A stretch of 32,549 nt of DNA from Armatimonadota bacterium (GTDB lineage Bacteria > Sysuimicrobiota > Sysuimicrobiia > Sysuimicrobiales > Kaftiobacteriaceae). Shown here piece after piece: positions 1 to 8,136 of the stretch; position 1 is the stretch's first letter; each line of letters starts with the position of its first letter. The notes beneath the pieces were generated by a model that searched no databases, was not told the DNA's origin, and was given only the letters and a program-made list of their open reading frames with translations. The translations under genes and the position numbers were made by a program. The stretch is from positions 1 through 32,549 of the forward strand of contig JBBIUY010000033.1 in assembly GCA_037440005.1 (NCBI GenBank), in the 5' to 3' direction.

Positions 1-21
1 TTCCGCGCTTCCGCGCTTCCG
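1..21. repeat. 8-bp tandem repeat (TTCCGCGC)n, probably truncated by the window edge
   Basis: ttccgcgc ttccgcgc ttccg; reverse complement of the GCGCGGAA units at 5793-5824. Confidence 0.7.
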
Positions 22-42
22 TGGGTCCGCGCCTGCCAGCCC

Positions 43-79
43 CCCTCACCCCGGCTCTCTCCCCCCAAGGGAGAGGGAG
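43..79. repeat. REP-like palindromic repeat (CCCTCACCCCGGCTCTCTCCC-N-GGGAGAGGGAG)
   Basis: Hairpin CTCTCCC/GGGAGAG preceded by CCCTCACCCC; related copies at 2641-2678 (minus) and 16306-16341. Confidence 0.8.
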
Positions 80-138
80 TCGACGGGAGAGAGAGCCGGA
101 ATGGCCGCGCGCCAGGGGATCCACATGCCGGGCCGGGG

Positions 139-1872
139 TCATGGGTCCGCAGGCGCGGGGGCGTCCACCAGCTGCAGGCCCGCCAGCCGGGCGTACACCC
201 CGCCGCGGCGCAGCAGGTCCTCGTGGCGGCCTTCCTCCACGATGCGGCCGTCCTCCAGCACCACGATCCGGTCGGCCTTGCGCACCGTGGACAGCCGGTG
301 GGCGATGATGAAGGTGGTGCGGCCCTGCATCAGGCGGTCCAGAGCTTCCTGGATCAGGCGCTCGGACTCGGCGTCCAGGGCCGAGGTGGCCTCGTCCAGG
401 ATGATGATGCGCGGGTCGGCCAGCACCGCCCGGGCGATGGCCAGCCGCTGGCGCTGGCCGCCCGACAGCTCGACGCCGCCCTCTCCGATCAGCGTGTCGT
501 ACCCCCGGGGCAGGGCCAGGATGAAGTCGTGGGCGTTGGCCACCCGGGCCGCCGCCTCCACCTCCTCCGGGGAGGCCCCGGGGCGGGCGTAGGCGATGTT
601 GTCCCGCACCGTCCCGATGAACAGCACGGTCTCCTGGGGCACCAGGCCCACCTGGCGGCGCAGCGACCGCAGGGTGACCGTGCGCAGGTCGGCGCCGTCG
701 ATCTCCACCGCGCCGCGGGTGGGATCGTAGAAGCGGGGGATCAGGTTGACCAGGGTGGACTTGCCGGCGCCGCTGGAGCCCACGATGGCCACCCGCTCCC
801 CGGCCCGCACGTCCAGGGACACGCCCTGCAGCACCATGTGGGAGCCGTCGTAGGTGAACCACACGTCCCGCAGGCGCACGTCGCCCCGCACCGGCGGCAG
901 GTCCTTTGCTCCGGGCGCATCGGCGACGCCTTCGGGCACCCGCAGGACCTCCAGGATCCGGTCCAGGGCGCCCAGGCCCTGGCGCATCCCGGCGTACAGC
1001 CGGGACAGCGCGATGGCCGGTTCCACGGCGATCCCGGCGTAGGCGAGAAACGACACCAGCGTCCCCGGGGTGATGGATCCGGCGGTGACCATGCGCCCGC
1101 CCAGCCACAGGACGCCCACCAGCCCCAGGGCGGTGAAGAAGCTCACCACGGGGACCTGCACAGCGGTCAGCTGGCTGACCCGCAGGTTCTCGTGGAACGT
1201 ACGCTCGTTCTCCCGGACGAACCGGCCGATCTCGCGCTCCTCCTGGACGAAGGCGCGGATCACCCGCGCGCCGCCGAACGCCTGCCGCAGCAGCGACGCC
1301 AGCCCCGCCACCTGCTCCTGGGCCCGCACCGACACCCGCTGGATCTCCTGGCCGAAGGCGCGCGCGGAGCCCAGCAGCAGGGGGACCACCACCAGGGTGT
1401 ACAGCGCCAGCCGCCACTGGAGGACAAACAGCATGACCGCGATCCCCACCACGGTGAGGGCGGTCCCCACGAGGTCCAGCAGCCCGACTAGCAGCGCGTT
1501 CTGGACCACCTGGGTGTCCTGCAGGCTGCGGGCGATCAGGTCGCCGCTGGTCCACCCGGCGAAGCGGTCCAGCGACCAGCGCTGGACCTTCTGGAAGATG
1601 ATCCGGCGTAGGTCGGCGATCACCCGGTGGCCCAGGTACAGGCCGAAGTACAGCTGCCCGTACAGGAACAGGCTGCGCAGGCCGAACGCGGCCAGGATGA
1701 CCAAAGCGGCGGTGTCCAGCACCGCCAGGCTGCGGGTCCGGACGATGGCGTCGATGGTCAGGCCGGCGTAGCGGGGCACGAACAGCTGCGCCGCCGTGAG
1801 CAGGACCACGCACAGCACGCCCGCGCCCAGGTGGGGCCAGTACGGCGCGATGAACCGGGCTAGGCGCCTCAC
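139..1872 (-). CDS. msbA: MsbA-like ABC exporter (TMD+NBD), probable lipid A flippase
   Basis: N-terminal TM domain; Walker A GSSGAGKS, LSGGQRQR signature, IIILDEATSALD, IAHRLST. GTG start at 1872 overlaps the lpxB-like stop (GTGA) with GGAGG upstream. The msbA assignment rests on context. Confidence 0.8.
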   Translation of the reverse strand: MRRLARFIAPYWPHLGAGVLCVVLLTAAQLFVPRYAGLTIDAIVRTRSLAVLDTAALVILAAFGLRSLFLYGQLYFGLYLGHRVIADLRRIIFQKVQRWSLDRFAGWTSGDLIARSLQDTQVVQNALLVGLLDLVGTALTVVGIAVMLFVLQWRLALYTLVVVPLLLGSARAFGQEIQRVSVRAQEQVAGLASLLRQAFGGARVIRAFVQEEREIGRFVRENERTFHENLRVSQLTAVQVPVVSFFTALGLVGVLWLGGRMVTAGSITPGTLVSFLAYAGIAVEPAIALSRLYAGMRQGLGALDRILEVLRVPEGVADAPGAKDLPPVRGDVRLRDVWFTYDGSHMVLQGVSLDVRAGERVAIVGSSGAGKSTLVNLIPRFYDPTRGAVEIDGADLRTVTLRSLRRQVGLVPQETVLFIGTVRDNIAYARPGASPEEVEAAARVANAHDFILALPRGYDTLIGEGGVELSGGQRQRLAIARAVLADPRIIILDEATSALDAESERLIQEALDRLMQGRTTFIIAHRLSTVRKADRIVVLEDGRIVEEGRHEDLLRRGGVYARLAGLQLVDAPAPADP

Positions 1873-3167
1873 GGCTGCCTCCGGGGTCTGTCGGCCAGGG
1901 CCAGAGCGCACGCGGCCACCCGGTCCGCCGCCCCTGCGGAGGCCGGGTACAGCCGCCGCAGCTCGGCGCTCATCGCCTCCCGCCGGCGGGGGTCGTCCAG
2001 CAGCTCCGCGATCCTGTGGGCCAGGTCGGCCGGGGTGAACCTGCCGACCCACTCGGGGACGACGGCGCGGCCGGCCCGGATGTTGGGCAGGGCCACCAGG
2101 CGGGGTCTGCGGAAGTACCACGCTGCCGCCAGCCGCTTGAGGGACCGGCCCGCCGCCGGCAGCCGGCCGGCCCACTCCAGCAGGCCCTCCGCCGGCGCGC
2201 GGTCCACCAGATCCAGGGGGACCACGACGGCGTACGGCACGCCCAGCATCGCGAGCTCCACGGTGTTGGTGCCGGGGATGGTCAGGGCCAGCGCGCTGCG
2301 CCGCAGGGCCTCCCAGGGGTCGCCGGTGATCCAGCGCACCGGCAGACCCGGCCACCGCTCCTGGACGGCGCGCTGCAAGGACGCGACTACTGCGGGCGAG
2401 AGGAACGCCGAGGCGATCACCTGGAACGACACTCCGGGCCGCCCGGCCGCCAGGACGTCGGCGGCCCGCAGAAAATAGGGCACCAGCTCGCGGGCGAACC
2501 GGTCCCGGCTGCCCGGCAGGATGGAGACAACTTCACCCCCGTCCGCACCGCCGTCCTCACTCGCCGGGGAAGCCCCTGCGGCGTCCGGCGCGGCGGCGCT
2601 CCCTCCCCGCCGTTCACCGTTTCCCTCCTTCGGGCCCTTCTCTCCCTCTTTCCTCCGGCTAGAGGGCTGGGGTGAGGGAGCGGCAGCCCCGGCGCTCAGC
2701 GCGTCCGCCCTGGGGTCTCCCGTCACCACCACCTTGCCCGCGGGCACCCCCGCCGCCACCAGCCGCCCGGCCAGCTCGTCGGAAACCGCGCAGATCGTCT
2801 CGAACCCCGCGTGCCGCCGGACCACCAGAGGGGTCTCCACCAGGGCGCAGGCGGGCGCCCGCAGCCGCCGGGCCAGCCGCGCCGAAAACCACAGGTCCCC
2901 GCCCAGGTGGACCACGACCGCAGCAGGCTCCGTCGGCAGCGGCCTCAGGCCCAGGGCGACCCGCACCGCCTCGGCGGGCTCCAGGATGCGGTCGAAGAGG
3001 TCCCACTCCCGCGCCACCGCCGGCTCGCGCCCTCCGGCGAACTGCGTGGGGGACAGCACCAGGGTAATCCGGCCGTCGGGGCGGACCCGGCGCAGGGCCA
3101 CGGCCACAGGGCGGATCCATCCGGTCAGCTCTCCGGGTCCGTTGCCCGCCAGGACGACGTCCACCAT
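1869..3167 (-). CDS. lpxB: Lipid-A-disaccharide synthase (LpxB)-like GT-B glycosyltransferase
   Basis: N-terminal NGPGEL..WIRPV; VSILPGSR, TIPGTNTVELAMLGVP, VALPNI..G..VVPE motifs of the LpxB family; coupled to msbA-like gene; start set at ATG 3167 downstream of a consensus promoter. Confidence 0.75.
   Translation of the reverse strand: MVDVVLAGNGPGELTGWIRPVAVALRRVRPDGRITLVLSPTQFAGGREPAVAREWDLFDRILEPAEAVRVALGLRPLPTEPAAVVVHLGGDLWFSARLARRLRAPACALVETPLVVRRHAGFETICAVSDELAGRLVAAGVPAGKVVVTGDPRADALSAGAAAPSPQPSSRRKEGEKGPKEGNGERRGGSAAAPDAAGASPASEDGGADGGEVVSILPGSRDRFARELVPYFLRAADVLAAGRPGVSFQVIASAFLSPAVVASLQRAVQERWPGLPVRWITGDPWEALRRSALALTIPGTNTVELAMLGVPYAVVVPLDLVDRAPAEGLLEWAGRLPAAGRSLKRLAAAWYFRRPRLVALPNIRAGRAVVPEWVGRFTPADLAHRIAELLDDPRRREAMSAELRRLYPASAGAADRVAACALALADRPRRQP
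2641..2678 (-). repeat. Degenerate REP-like repeat inside the lpxB-like CDS
   Basis: Minus strand CCCTCACCCCAGCCCTCT-AGCCGGAGGA-AAGAGGGAGA, translated in frame as PSPQPSSRRKEGE. Confidence 0.7.
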
Positions 3168-3234
3168 GGCCACGGGGGCCTGCTGTCGGACCAGCACGCA
3201 TCCGGGCCTCCATCCGGCCCGGGCACGCCACTGC

Positions 3235-3263
3235 ATTATAGTGTCCGGTCCGGCCACGAGCAA
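3235..3263 (-). promoter_or_regulatory. Sigma70-type promoter for lpxB-msbA
   Basis: Minus strand TTGCTC-N17-TATAAT; a perfect -10 is conspicuous in such GC-rich DNA. Confidence 0.8.
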
Positions 3264-3377
3264 TTGACCCGCACCGGGCAGAGGGCAGTGTCGGAGACCG
3301 AAGGCGCGCGCATGGGGGGCGTGACGCAGGCTTCAGCAGGGAGTCCCCCTGCCACGCAGAACCTCACGCCCTGCGCC

Positions 3378-4892
3378 ATGGGTCCTCGGCTCCCGGTCGT
3401 CAGCGGAACCGTCCTACTGCTGGCGGTGCTGGCGGTCGCGCCGCCGGCTGGCCACGCGTCTCAGGCCTCCCAGGAGCCCGCAGGTCTCACCCTCGAGGCG
3501 GACGAGATTGTCTTCGACGACGCCGCCCAGACGGTGGAGGCCCGCGGCCATGTCCGGCTGGCCTACCGGGGCATCACGGTGCAGGCCGACTTCGCCCGCA
3601 TTCTGGTGAGAGAGGAACGGCTGGAGGCCCGCGGTCACGTGGTGGTCATCGACCGCGAGGGGCGGGAGATGCGTGGGGATACCCTCGTCTACAACGCGCG
3701 CGAGGACGTGGCGGAGATGGCGCCGGCGGAGACCATCGTCAGCGGGGTGTACATCCGCGCCGCCCATCTGCGGGCCACCCGGACGCTGCTGGTGGCCCGG
3801 GAGAGTTTTCTCACCACCTGCGACCCTGGGTGCCCCGCGTACCACCTGACTGCCTCCCGGATCGACTTCATCCCCGCAGACCGCGCCGTGGCCTACGGGG
3901 CGACGCTGTGGGTGGGCGGCCGCGGCATCCTCTCCCTGCCGGTGTACGTGGTGTCCCTGCGCAGTCCTGAGGAGACGGCGGGCAGTTTCCCCGGCATCGG
4001 CTACAACAACGTGGACGGGCTGTGGCTCTCCTACAGGTACGCGTTCTTCCTGGGAGCCCCGCTGGGATATGCGTCGGTCACGGCCGGCACCCTCGCCCAG
4101 CGGGGCGAGGTGGGGGTGCGGCTGAGGGACCAGCCGGTCGGCGCGCTCCCCCTGACCTGGTCGGCCGCCGCCAGCGCCGGCTGGCACCGGGAACAGGTGG
4201 CGGGTGTGGAGACCACCCGCCTGCAGTATGAAGTGGGTTTGCAGACCCCTTCACTCCGCCTGGGCCCGCAGACGACCTGGAGCACGTCCTGGGTCTGGCA
4301 CGAGGCCTCCTACGGCACCGGGGACCGGCTGGCCGTCCCCCGTCTGGAGTCCACCATCTCCCACCGGCTGGGGGAGACCGCCACCGTGCGTCTGGGGTAC
4401 CGCCGGTTGGTCCCCCTGGGCACCTCTCCCCTGGCCGTGGACGCCGTGGACCCCGACGACGTCGTGGACCAGCTGAGCCTGCGGTACGAGAACTCCGTCC
4501 CGCGGGGTCAGACCATCGCCACGACCTTCTCGGCGTCCCTGGTCTACGACTACCTGAGCCTGTCGCCCTCCGTGGGCGCATCCTACGGAGAGCGGCTGGC
4601 CGGCACCTACCACTGGGAGGTCGGGGGCCGGTACAACCTGTTTACCCGGATGGTCACCGTGCTGGCCGATGTCGGCACCGCGCTGGGGACGGACACCTAC
4701 GTCACCGTGCAGGCGGAGTACAACACGGCCACGACCCTGTTCGAGGATCTGGACTACGTCCTGACGGCGCAGATCGAGGACTGCTTCGAGCTGTCCATCA
4801 AGTTCCGCCAGGTGCGCCAGGAACTGTGGGTCTCCCTGGGGCTGGCGGCGTTCCCCCAGGCTCAGGTACAGTTTCAGTTCCGGGGTCCCTGA
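3378..4892 (+). CDS. lptD: LptD/OstA-like outer-membrane protein (signal peptide, beta-jellyroll, short beta-barrel)
   Basis: Signal peptide; OstA-like LEADEIVFD..VEARGHVRL..VQAD; FLTTCD..PAYHL.ASRI motif; amphipathic beta-strand C-terminus; divergent from lpxB-msbA. Alternative start ATG 3312. Confidence 0.7.
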   Translation: MGPRLPVVSGTVLLLAVLAVAPPAGHASQASQEPAGLTLEADEIVFDDAAQTVEARGHVRLAYRGITVQADFARILVREERLEARGHVVVIDREGREMRGDTLVYNAREDVAEMAPAETIVSGVYIRAAHLRATRTLLVARESFLTTCDPGCPAYHLTASRIDFIPADRAVAYGATLWVGGRGILSLPVYVVSLRSPEETAGSFPGIGYNNVDGLWLSYRYAFFLGAPLGYASVTAGTLAQRGEVGVRLRDQPVGALPLTWSAAASAGWHREQVAGVETTRLQYEVGLQTPSLRLGPQTTWSTSWVWHEASYGTGDRLAVPRLESTISHRLGETATVRLGYRRLVPLGTSPLAVDAVDPDDVVDQLSLRYENSVPRGQTIATTFSASLVYDYLSLSPSVGASYGERLAGTYHWEVGGRYNLFTRMVTVLADVGTALGTDTYVTVQAEYNTATTLFEDLDYVLTAQIEDCFELSIKFRQVRQELWVSLGLAAFPQAQVQFQFRGP

Positions 4893-4895
4893 AGA

Positions 4896-4922
4896 CCGAC
4901 TTCCGCGTCGGGGGGAGGTCGG
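4896..4922 (+). terminator. GC-rich hairpin after the lptD-like gene (no U-tract)
   Basis: CCGACTTCC / GGAGGTCGG 9-bp stem with one G-U pair. Confidence 0.35.
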
Positions 4923-4954
4923 AGGCCCGGGCGCGAAATCTCCCGAGGGCAACC

Positions 4955-5350
4955 GTGGAGCGCAGCCGCGATTGGATGGACGATGCCCAGGCGGATCTCG
5001 CTCACGCCGAGAGCGACCTGGAGCGGGGATTCTACAACTGGGCCTGCTTTTCGTCGCAACAGGCGGCCGAAAAGGCCGTGAAGGCGGTCTTCCAGAGGCT
5101 GGGGCGCGACGCCTGGGGTCATTCGGTGGCCGACCTGCTTATCGCCCTGCGGGAGTTTCGGGATGTGCCCGAGCCGCTCGTGGATCGCGCCTTGGAACTG
5201 GACAAGGCCTACATTCCCACGCGCTATCCGAACGCGCACCAGTCAGGATCGGCCCGCAGCCGATACACCCGCGGGGAAGCCGAGAGGTTGACCGCCCATG
5301 CCCGGCACATCATCGAGTTCTGTGCGAGTCTTCTCTCCCAGATGGACTAA
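4955..5350 (+). CDS. HEPN-domain protein (putative RNase toxin)
   Basis: ERSRDW..A.ADL, ACFSSQQAAEKAVKA, WGHSV, LDKAYIPTRYPNAH (RxxxxH); GTG start. Confidence 0.9.
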   Translation: MERSRDWMDDAQADLAHAESDLERGFYNWACFSSQQAAEKAVKAVFQRLGRDAWGHSVADLLIALREFRDVPEPLVDRALELDKAYIPTRYPNAHQSGSARSRYTRGEAERLTAHARHIIEFCASLLSQMD

Positions 5351-5669
5351 GGAGGGCGTGATTGCCGCTCTCCGGGAGCGCCTGCCCGCCCTAACCGACC
5401 GCCTGCCGCTGGTGCGGGTGGTCCTGTTCGGCTCGTATGCCAGCGGGCGGTTTACCCCCGCCAGCGACGTTGACCTTCTCGTCGTGTACCGGGGCGCGCC
5501 CCGGCCGGACGCCTACGCGCTGGTGCGAAAGACTCTGGCCGTGGCGGGGCTGGAGGCCCATGTGTACGCCGAGGACGAGGCCCGGGCGCTGGCGCCGACG
5601 CTGGAACGGATGACCCGCGGCGGGATCGTCCTGCTGGACCGGCCCGCCGAAGGGAGAGCCGACCTGTGA
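5298..5669 (+). CDS. Minimal nucleotidyltransferase (MNT, putative antitoxin)
   Basis: VLFGSYASGRFTPASDVDLLVV (GSx10DxD); overlaps the HEPN 3' end. Confidence 0.88.
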   Translation: MPGTSSSSVRVFSPRWTKEGVIAALRERLPALTDRLPLVRVVLFGSYASGRFTPASDVDLLVVYRGAPRPDAYALVRKTLAVAGLEAHVYAEDEARALAPTLERMTRGGIVLLDRPAEGRADL

Positions 5670-5676
5670 CGGGGCG

Positions 5677-7119
5677 ATGACGGTGGCCATCTCTCCGACC
5701 ATCTTCCGCGAGTACGACATCCGCGGCGTGGCCGGCCGCGACATCACCCCCGAGGTGGCCGAGACCATCGCCCGCGCCTATGCCGCCTTCCTGCGCGGAA
5801 GCGCGGAAGCGCGGAAACGCGGAAACGGGGAGGCGGAAGACCGCGCGGGCGACGTTTCCCGGGCGGCCCTGGCCGTGGTGGTGGGCCGCGACAACCGCGC
5901 CAGTTCCCCCTGGATCCGCGACGCGGTGGTCCGCGGGCTGGTGGCCAGCGGCTGCCGGGTGGTGGACGTCGGCACGGTGATCACGCCGGTGTTCTACTTC
6001 GCCCGGGTCCACTACGGCATCGACGGCGGGGTGATGGTCACCGCCAGCCACAATCCCCCCGAGTTCAACGGCTTCAAGCTGGCCACCGGCTTTGGGACGC
6101 TGTACGGCGAGCAGATCCAGCAGGTCCGCCGCCTGGCCGAAGCCGGGGAGTTCCCCGCCGGCGCCGGCTCCGTGGAGGTCAGAGACGTCGTCCCCGCCTA
6201 CCGGGCGATGCTGAAGGACAAGGTCCGTCTGGGCCCCCGGCGGCTGCGGGTGGTGGTGGACTGCGGCAACGGCACCGCCGGCCTGGTGGCTCCCGACGCC
6301 CTGGAGGACCTGGGGGTGGAGGTCGTCCGCCTGTACTGCGAGTCCGACCCGCGCTTTCCCCACCACCACCCCGACCCCGTGCAGCCCGAGAACCTGCGCG
6401 ACCTAGTTGCCGCCGTCGTGCGGGAGAAGGCGGACGTGGGGATCGGCTTCGACGGCGACGGCGACCGGCTGGGGGTGGTGGACGACCGGGGCGAGATTGT
6501 CTGGGGCGACACGCTGATGATCCTGTTCTGGCGGGAGATCTTACCGCGTCATCCTGGCACGGTGGGCATCGTGGAGGTCAAGTGCTCCCAGGCGCTGTAT
6601 GAGGAGATCCAGCGCCTGGGGGGCCGGCCGATGTTCTACCGCACCGGCCACTCGCTGATCAAGGCCAAGATGCGCGAGGTGGGGGCGGTGTTCACCGGGG
6701 AGATGTCCGGGCACATGTTCTTCGCCGACGAGTACTACGGCTACGACGACGCCGTCTACGCCGCCGCCCGGCTGCTGCGGATCCTCTCCCACACCGACCG
6801 CCCCCTGTCGGCGCTGCTGGCCGACGTCCCGCGCTACCCCGCCACCCCCGAGGTCCGGGTGGACTGCCCCGACGAGGTGAAGTTCGAGGTGGTCCGCCGG
6901 CTGACCGAGCGGTTCAAGGAGGAGGGCTACCCGGTGATTGACGTGGACGGCGCCCGGGTGCAGTTTGCCGACGGGTGGGGCCTGGTGCGGGCCAGCAACA
7001 CCCAGCCCGTCCTGGTCCTGCGGGCGGAAGCCCGCACCCCCGAGGGCCTGGAGCGGATCAAGGCCGCGCTCGCGTCCCGGCTGCGCGCTTTCGACCAGGT
7101 CGGACCGGTCCGCTGGTAG
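5677..7119 (+). CDS. Phosphomannomutase/phosphoglucomutase (AlgC-like)
   Basis: IFREYDIRG, TASHNP phosphoserine loop, FDGDGDR metal loop, GEMSGH, VRASNTQP. Confidence 0.95.
   Translation: MTVAISPTIFREYDIRGVAGRDITPEVAETIARAYAAFLRGSAEARKRGNGEAEDRAGDVSRAALAVVVGRDNRASSPWIRDAVVRGLVASGCRVVDVGTVITPVFYFARVHYGIDGGVMVTASHNPPEFNGFKLATGFGTLYGEQIQQVRRLAEAGEFPAGAGSVEVRDVVPAYRAMLKDKVRLGPRRLRVVVDCGNGTAGLVAPDALEDLGVEVVRLYCESDPRFPHHHPDPVQPENLRDLVAAVVREKADVGIGFDGDGDRLGVVDDRGEIVWGDTLMILFWREILPRHPGTVGIVEVKCSQALYEEIQRLGGRPMFYRTGHSLIKAKMREVGAVFTGEMSGHMFFADEYYGYDDAVYAAARLLRILSHTDRPLSALLADVPRYPATPEVRVDCPDEVKFEVVRRLTERFKEEGYPVIDVDGARVQFADGWGLVRASNTQPVLVLRAEARTPEGLERIKAALASRLRAFDQVGPVRW
5793..5832 (+). repeat. Intragenic 8-bp tandem repeat (RCGCGGAA)4 plus decayed unit
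   Basis: gcgcggaa x3, acgcggaa, acggggag. Confidence 0.8.
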
Positions 7120-7150
7120 AAGTACGTCCCGGGGGAAGACACCCCGCCGC

Positions 7151-8125
7151 ATGAGGCTCCTTGTCACCGGCGCAGCGGGATTCATCGGGTGGAAGGTCGC
7201 CGAAGCGCTCCTGGACGCCGGCCACGAGGTCGTGGGCGCCGACAACCTCGCTCCGGCTTACGACGTCCGCCTCAAAGAGTGGCGGGTGAGCCAGCTCGCC
7301 GGGCGCGCGGGCTTCACCTTCGTCCGCGTGGACGTGACCGACAGGACAGCCCTGGGACGGGTCTTTGAGGATGCCGGTTCCCCGCCCCTCGACGCCGTCA
7401 TCAACCTGGCCGCCCGCGCCGGGGTGCGGCAGAGCCTGGACGACCCGACCGCGTACTTCCAGACCAACCTGCTGGGGGCGGTGAACCTGCTGGAGCTGTG
7501 CCGCCTGCGCGGCGTCCCCAAGTTCGTGCAGGCGTCCACGTCCAGCGTCTACGGGGACGCCCCCCGACCGTTCCGGGAGGACCAGCCCACCGACCGGCCG
7601 CTGTCCCCCTATGCCGCGTCCAAGAAAGCGGCCGAGCTGGCGGCCTTCGTGTACCACCAGGCGTTCGGCCTGGACGTGTCGGTGCTGCGGTACTTCACCG
7701 TCTACGGCCCGGCCGGCCGTCCGGACATGAGCCTGTTCCGGTTCGTCCAATGGATCAGCGAAGGCCAGCCTGTGGTGGTGTACGGGGACGGCCTCCAGGA
7801 ACGGGACTTCACCTACGTGGACGACATCGCCCGGGGGACGCTGGCCGCGCTGGCGCCGGTGGGGTACGCGGTGATCAACCTGGGATCGGACCGTCCGGTG
7901 AAGGTGCTGGACGCGATCCGGATGATCGAGGAGATGGTCGGGCGGCGGGCGGAGCTGGACCACCGCCCTCCCCACCCGGCCGACGTGCGGGCGACCTGGG
8001 CGGACATCACCCGGGCCCGGACCCTCCTGGGCTGGCAGCCCCGGACGCCCTTTCCCGAGGGCGTGGCGCGGCTGGTGGAGTGGTACCGGGAGCACCGGAC
8101 GTGGGCCCGGGACATCCGGACCTGA
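7151..8125 (+). CDS. NAD-dependent epimerase, UDP-glucuronate 4-epimerase-like
   Basis: VTGAAGFIG, NLAARAGVR, ASTSSVYG, YAASKK, FTVYGPAGRPDM. Confidence 0.9.
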   Translation: MRLLVTGAAGFIGWKVAEALLDAGHEVVGADNLAPAYDVRLKEWRVSQLAGRAGFTFVRVDVTDRTALGRVFEDAGSPPLDAVINLAARAGVRQSLDDPTAYFQTNLLGAVNLLELCRLRGVPKFVQASTSSVYGDAPRPFREDQPTDRPLSPYAASKKAAELAAFVYHQAFGLDVSVLRYFTVYGPAGRPDMSLFRFVQWISEGQPVVVYGDGLQERDFTYVDDIARGTLAALAPVGYAVINLGSDRPVKVLDAIRMIEEMVGRRAELDHRPPHPADVRATWADITRARTLLGWQPRTPFPEGVARLVEWYREHRTWARDIRT

Positions 8126-8136
8126 CCTCAGGCGCC

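Noticed and set aside
21..308. ORF beginning MGPRLP, like the lptD-like N-terminus
   Set aside because: Six-residue coincidence; the ORF runs through a repeat and antisense to the ABC exporter
1873..2355. N-terminal extension of the ABC exporter, and similar extensions on lptD, GT4, dehydrogenase, rplM, OTC and the ABC ATPase
   Set aside because: They overlap neighbouring genes in other frames; better starts with RBS or stop-start overlap exist downstream
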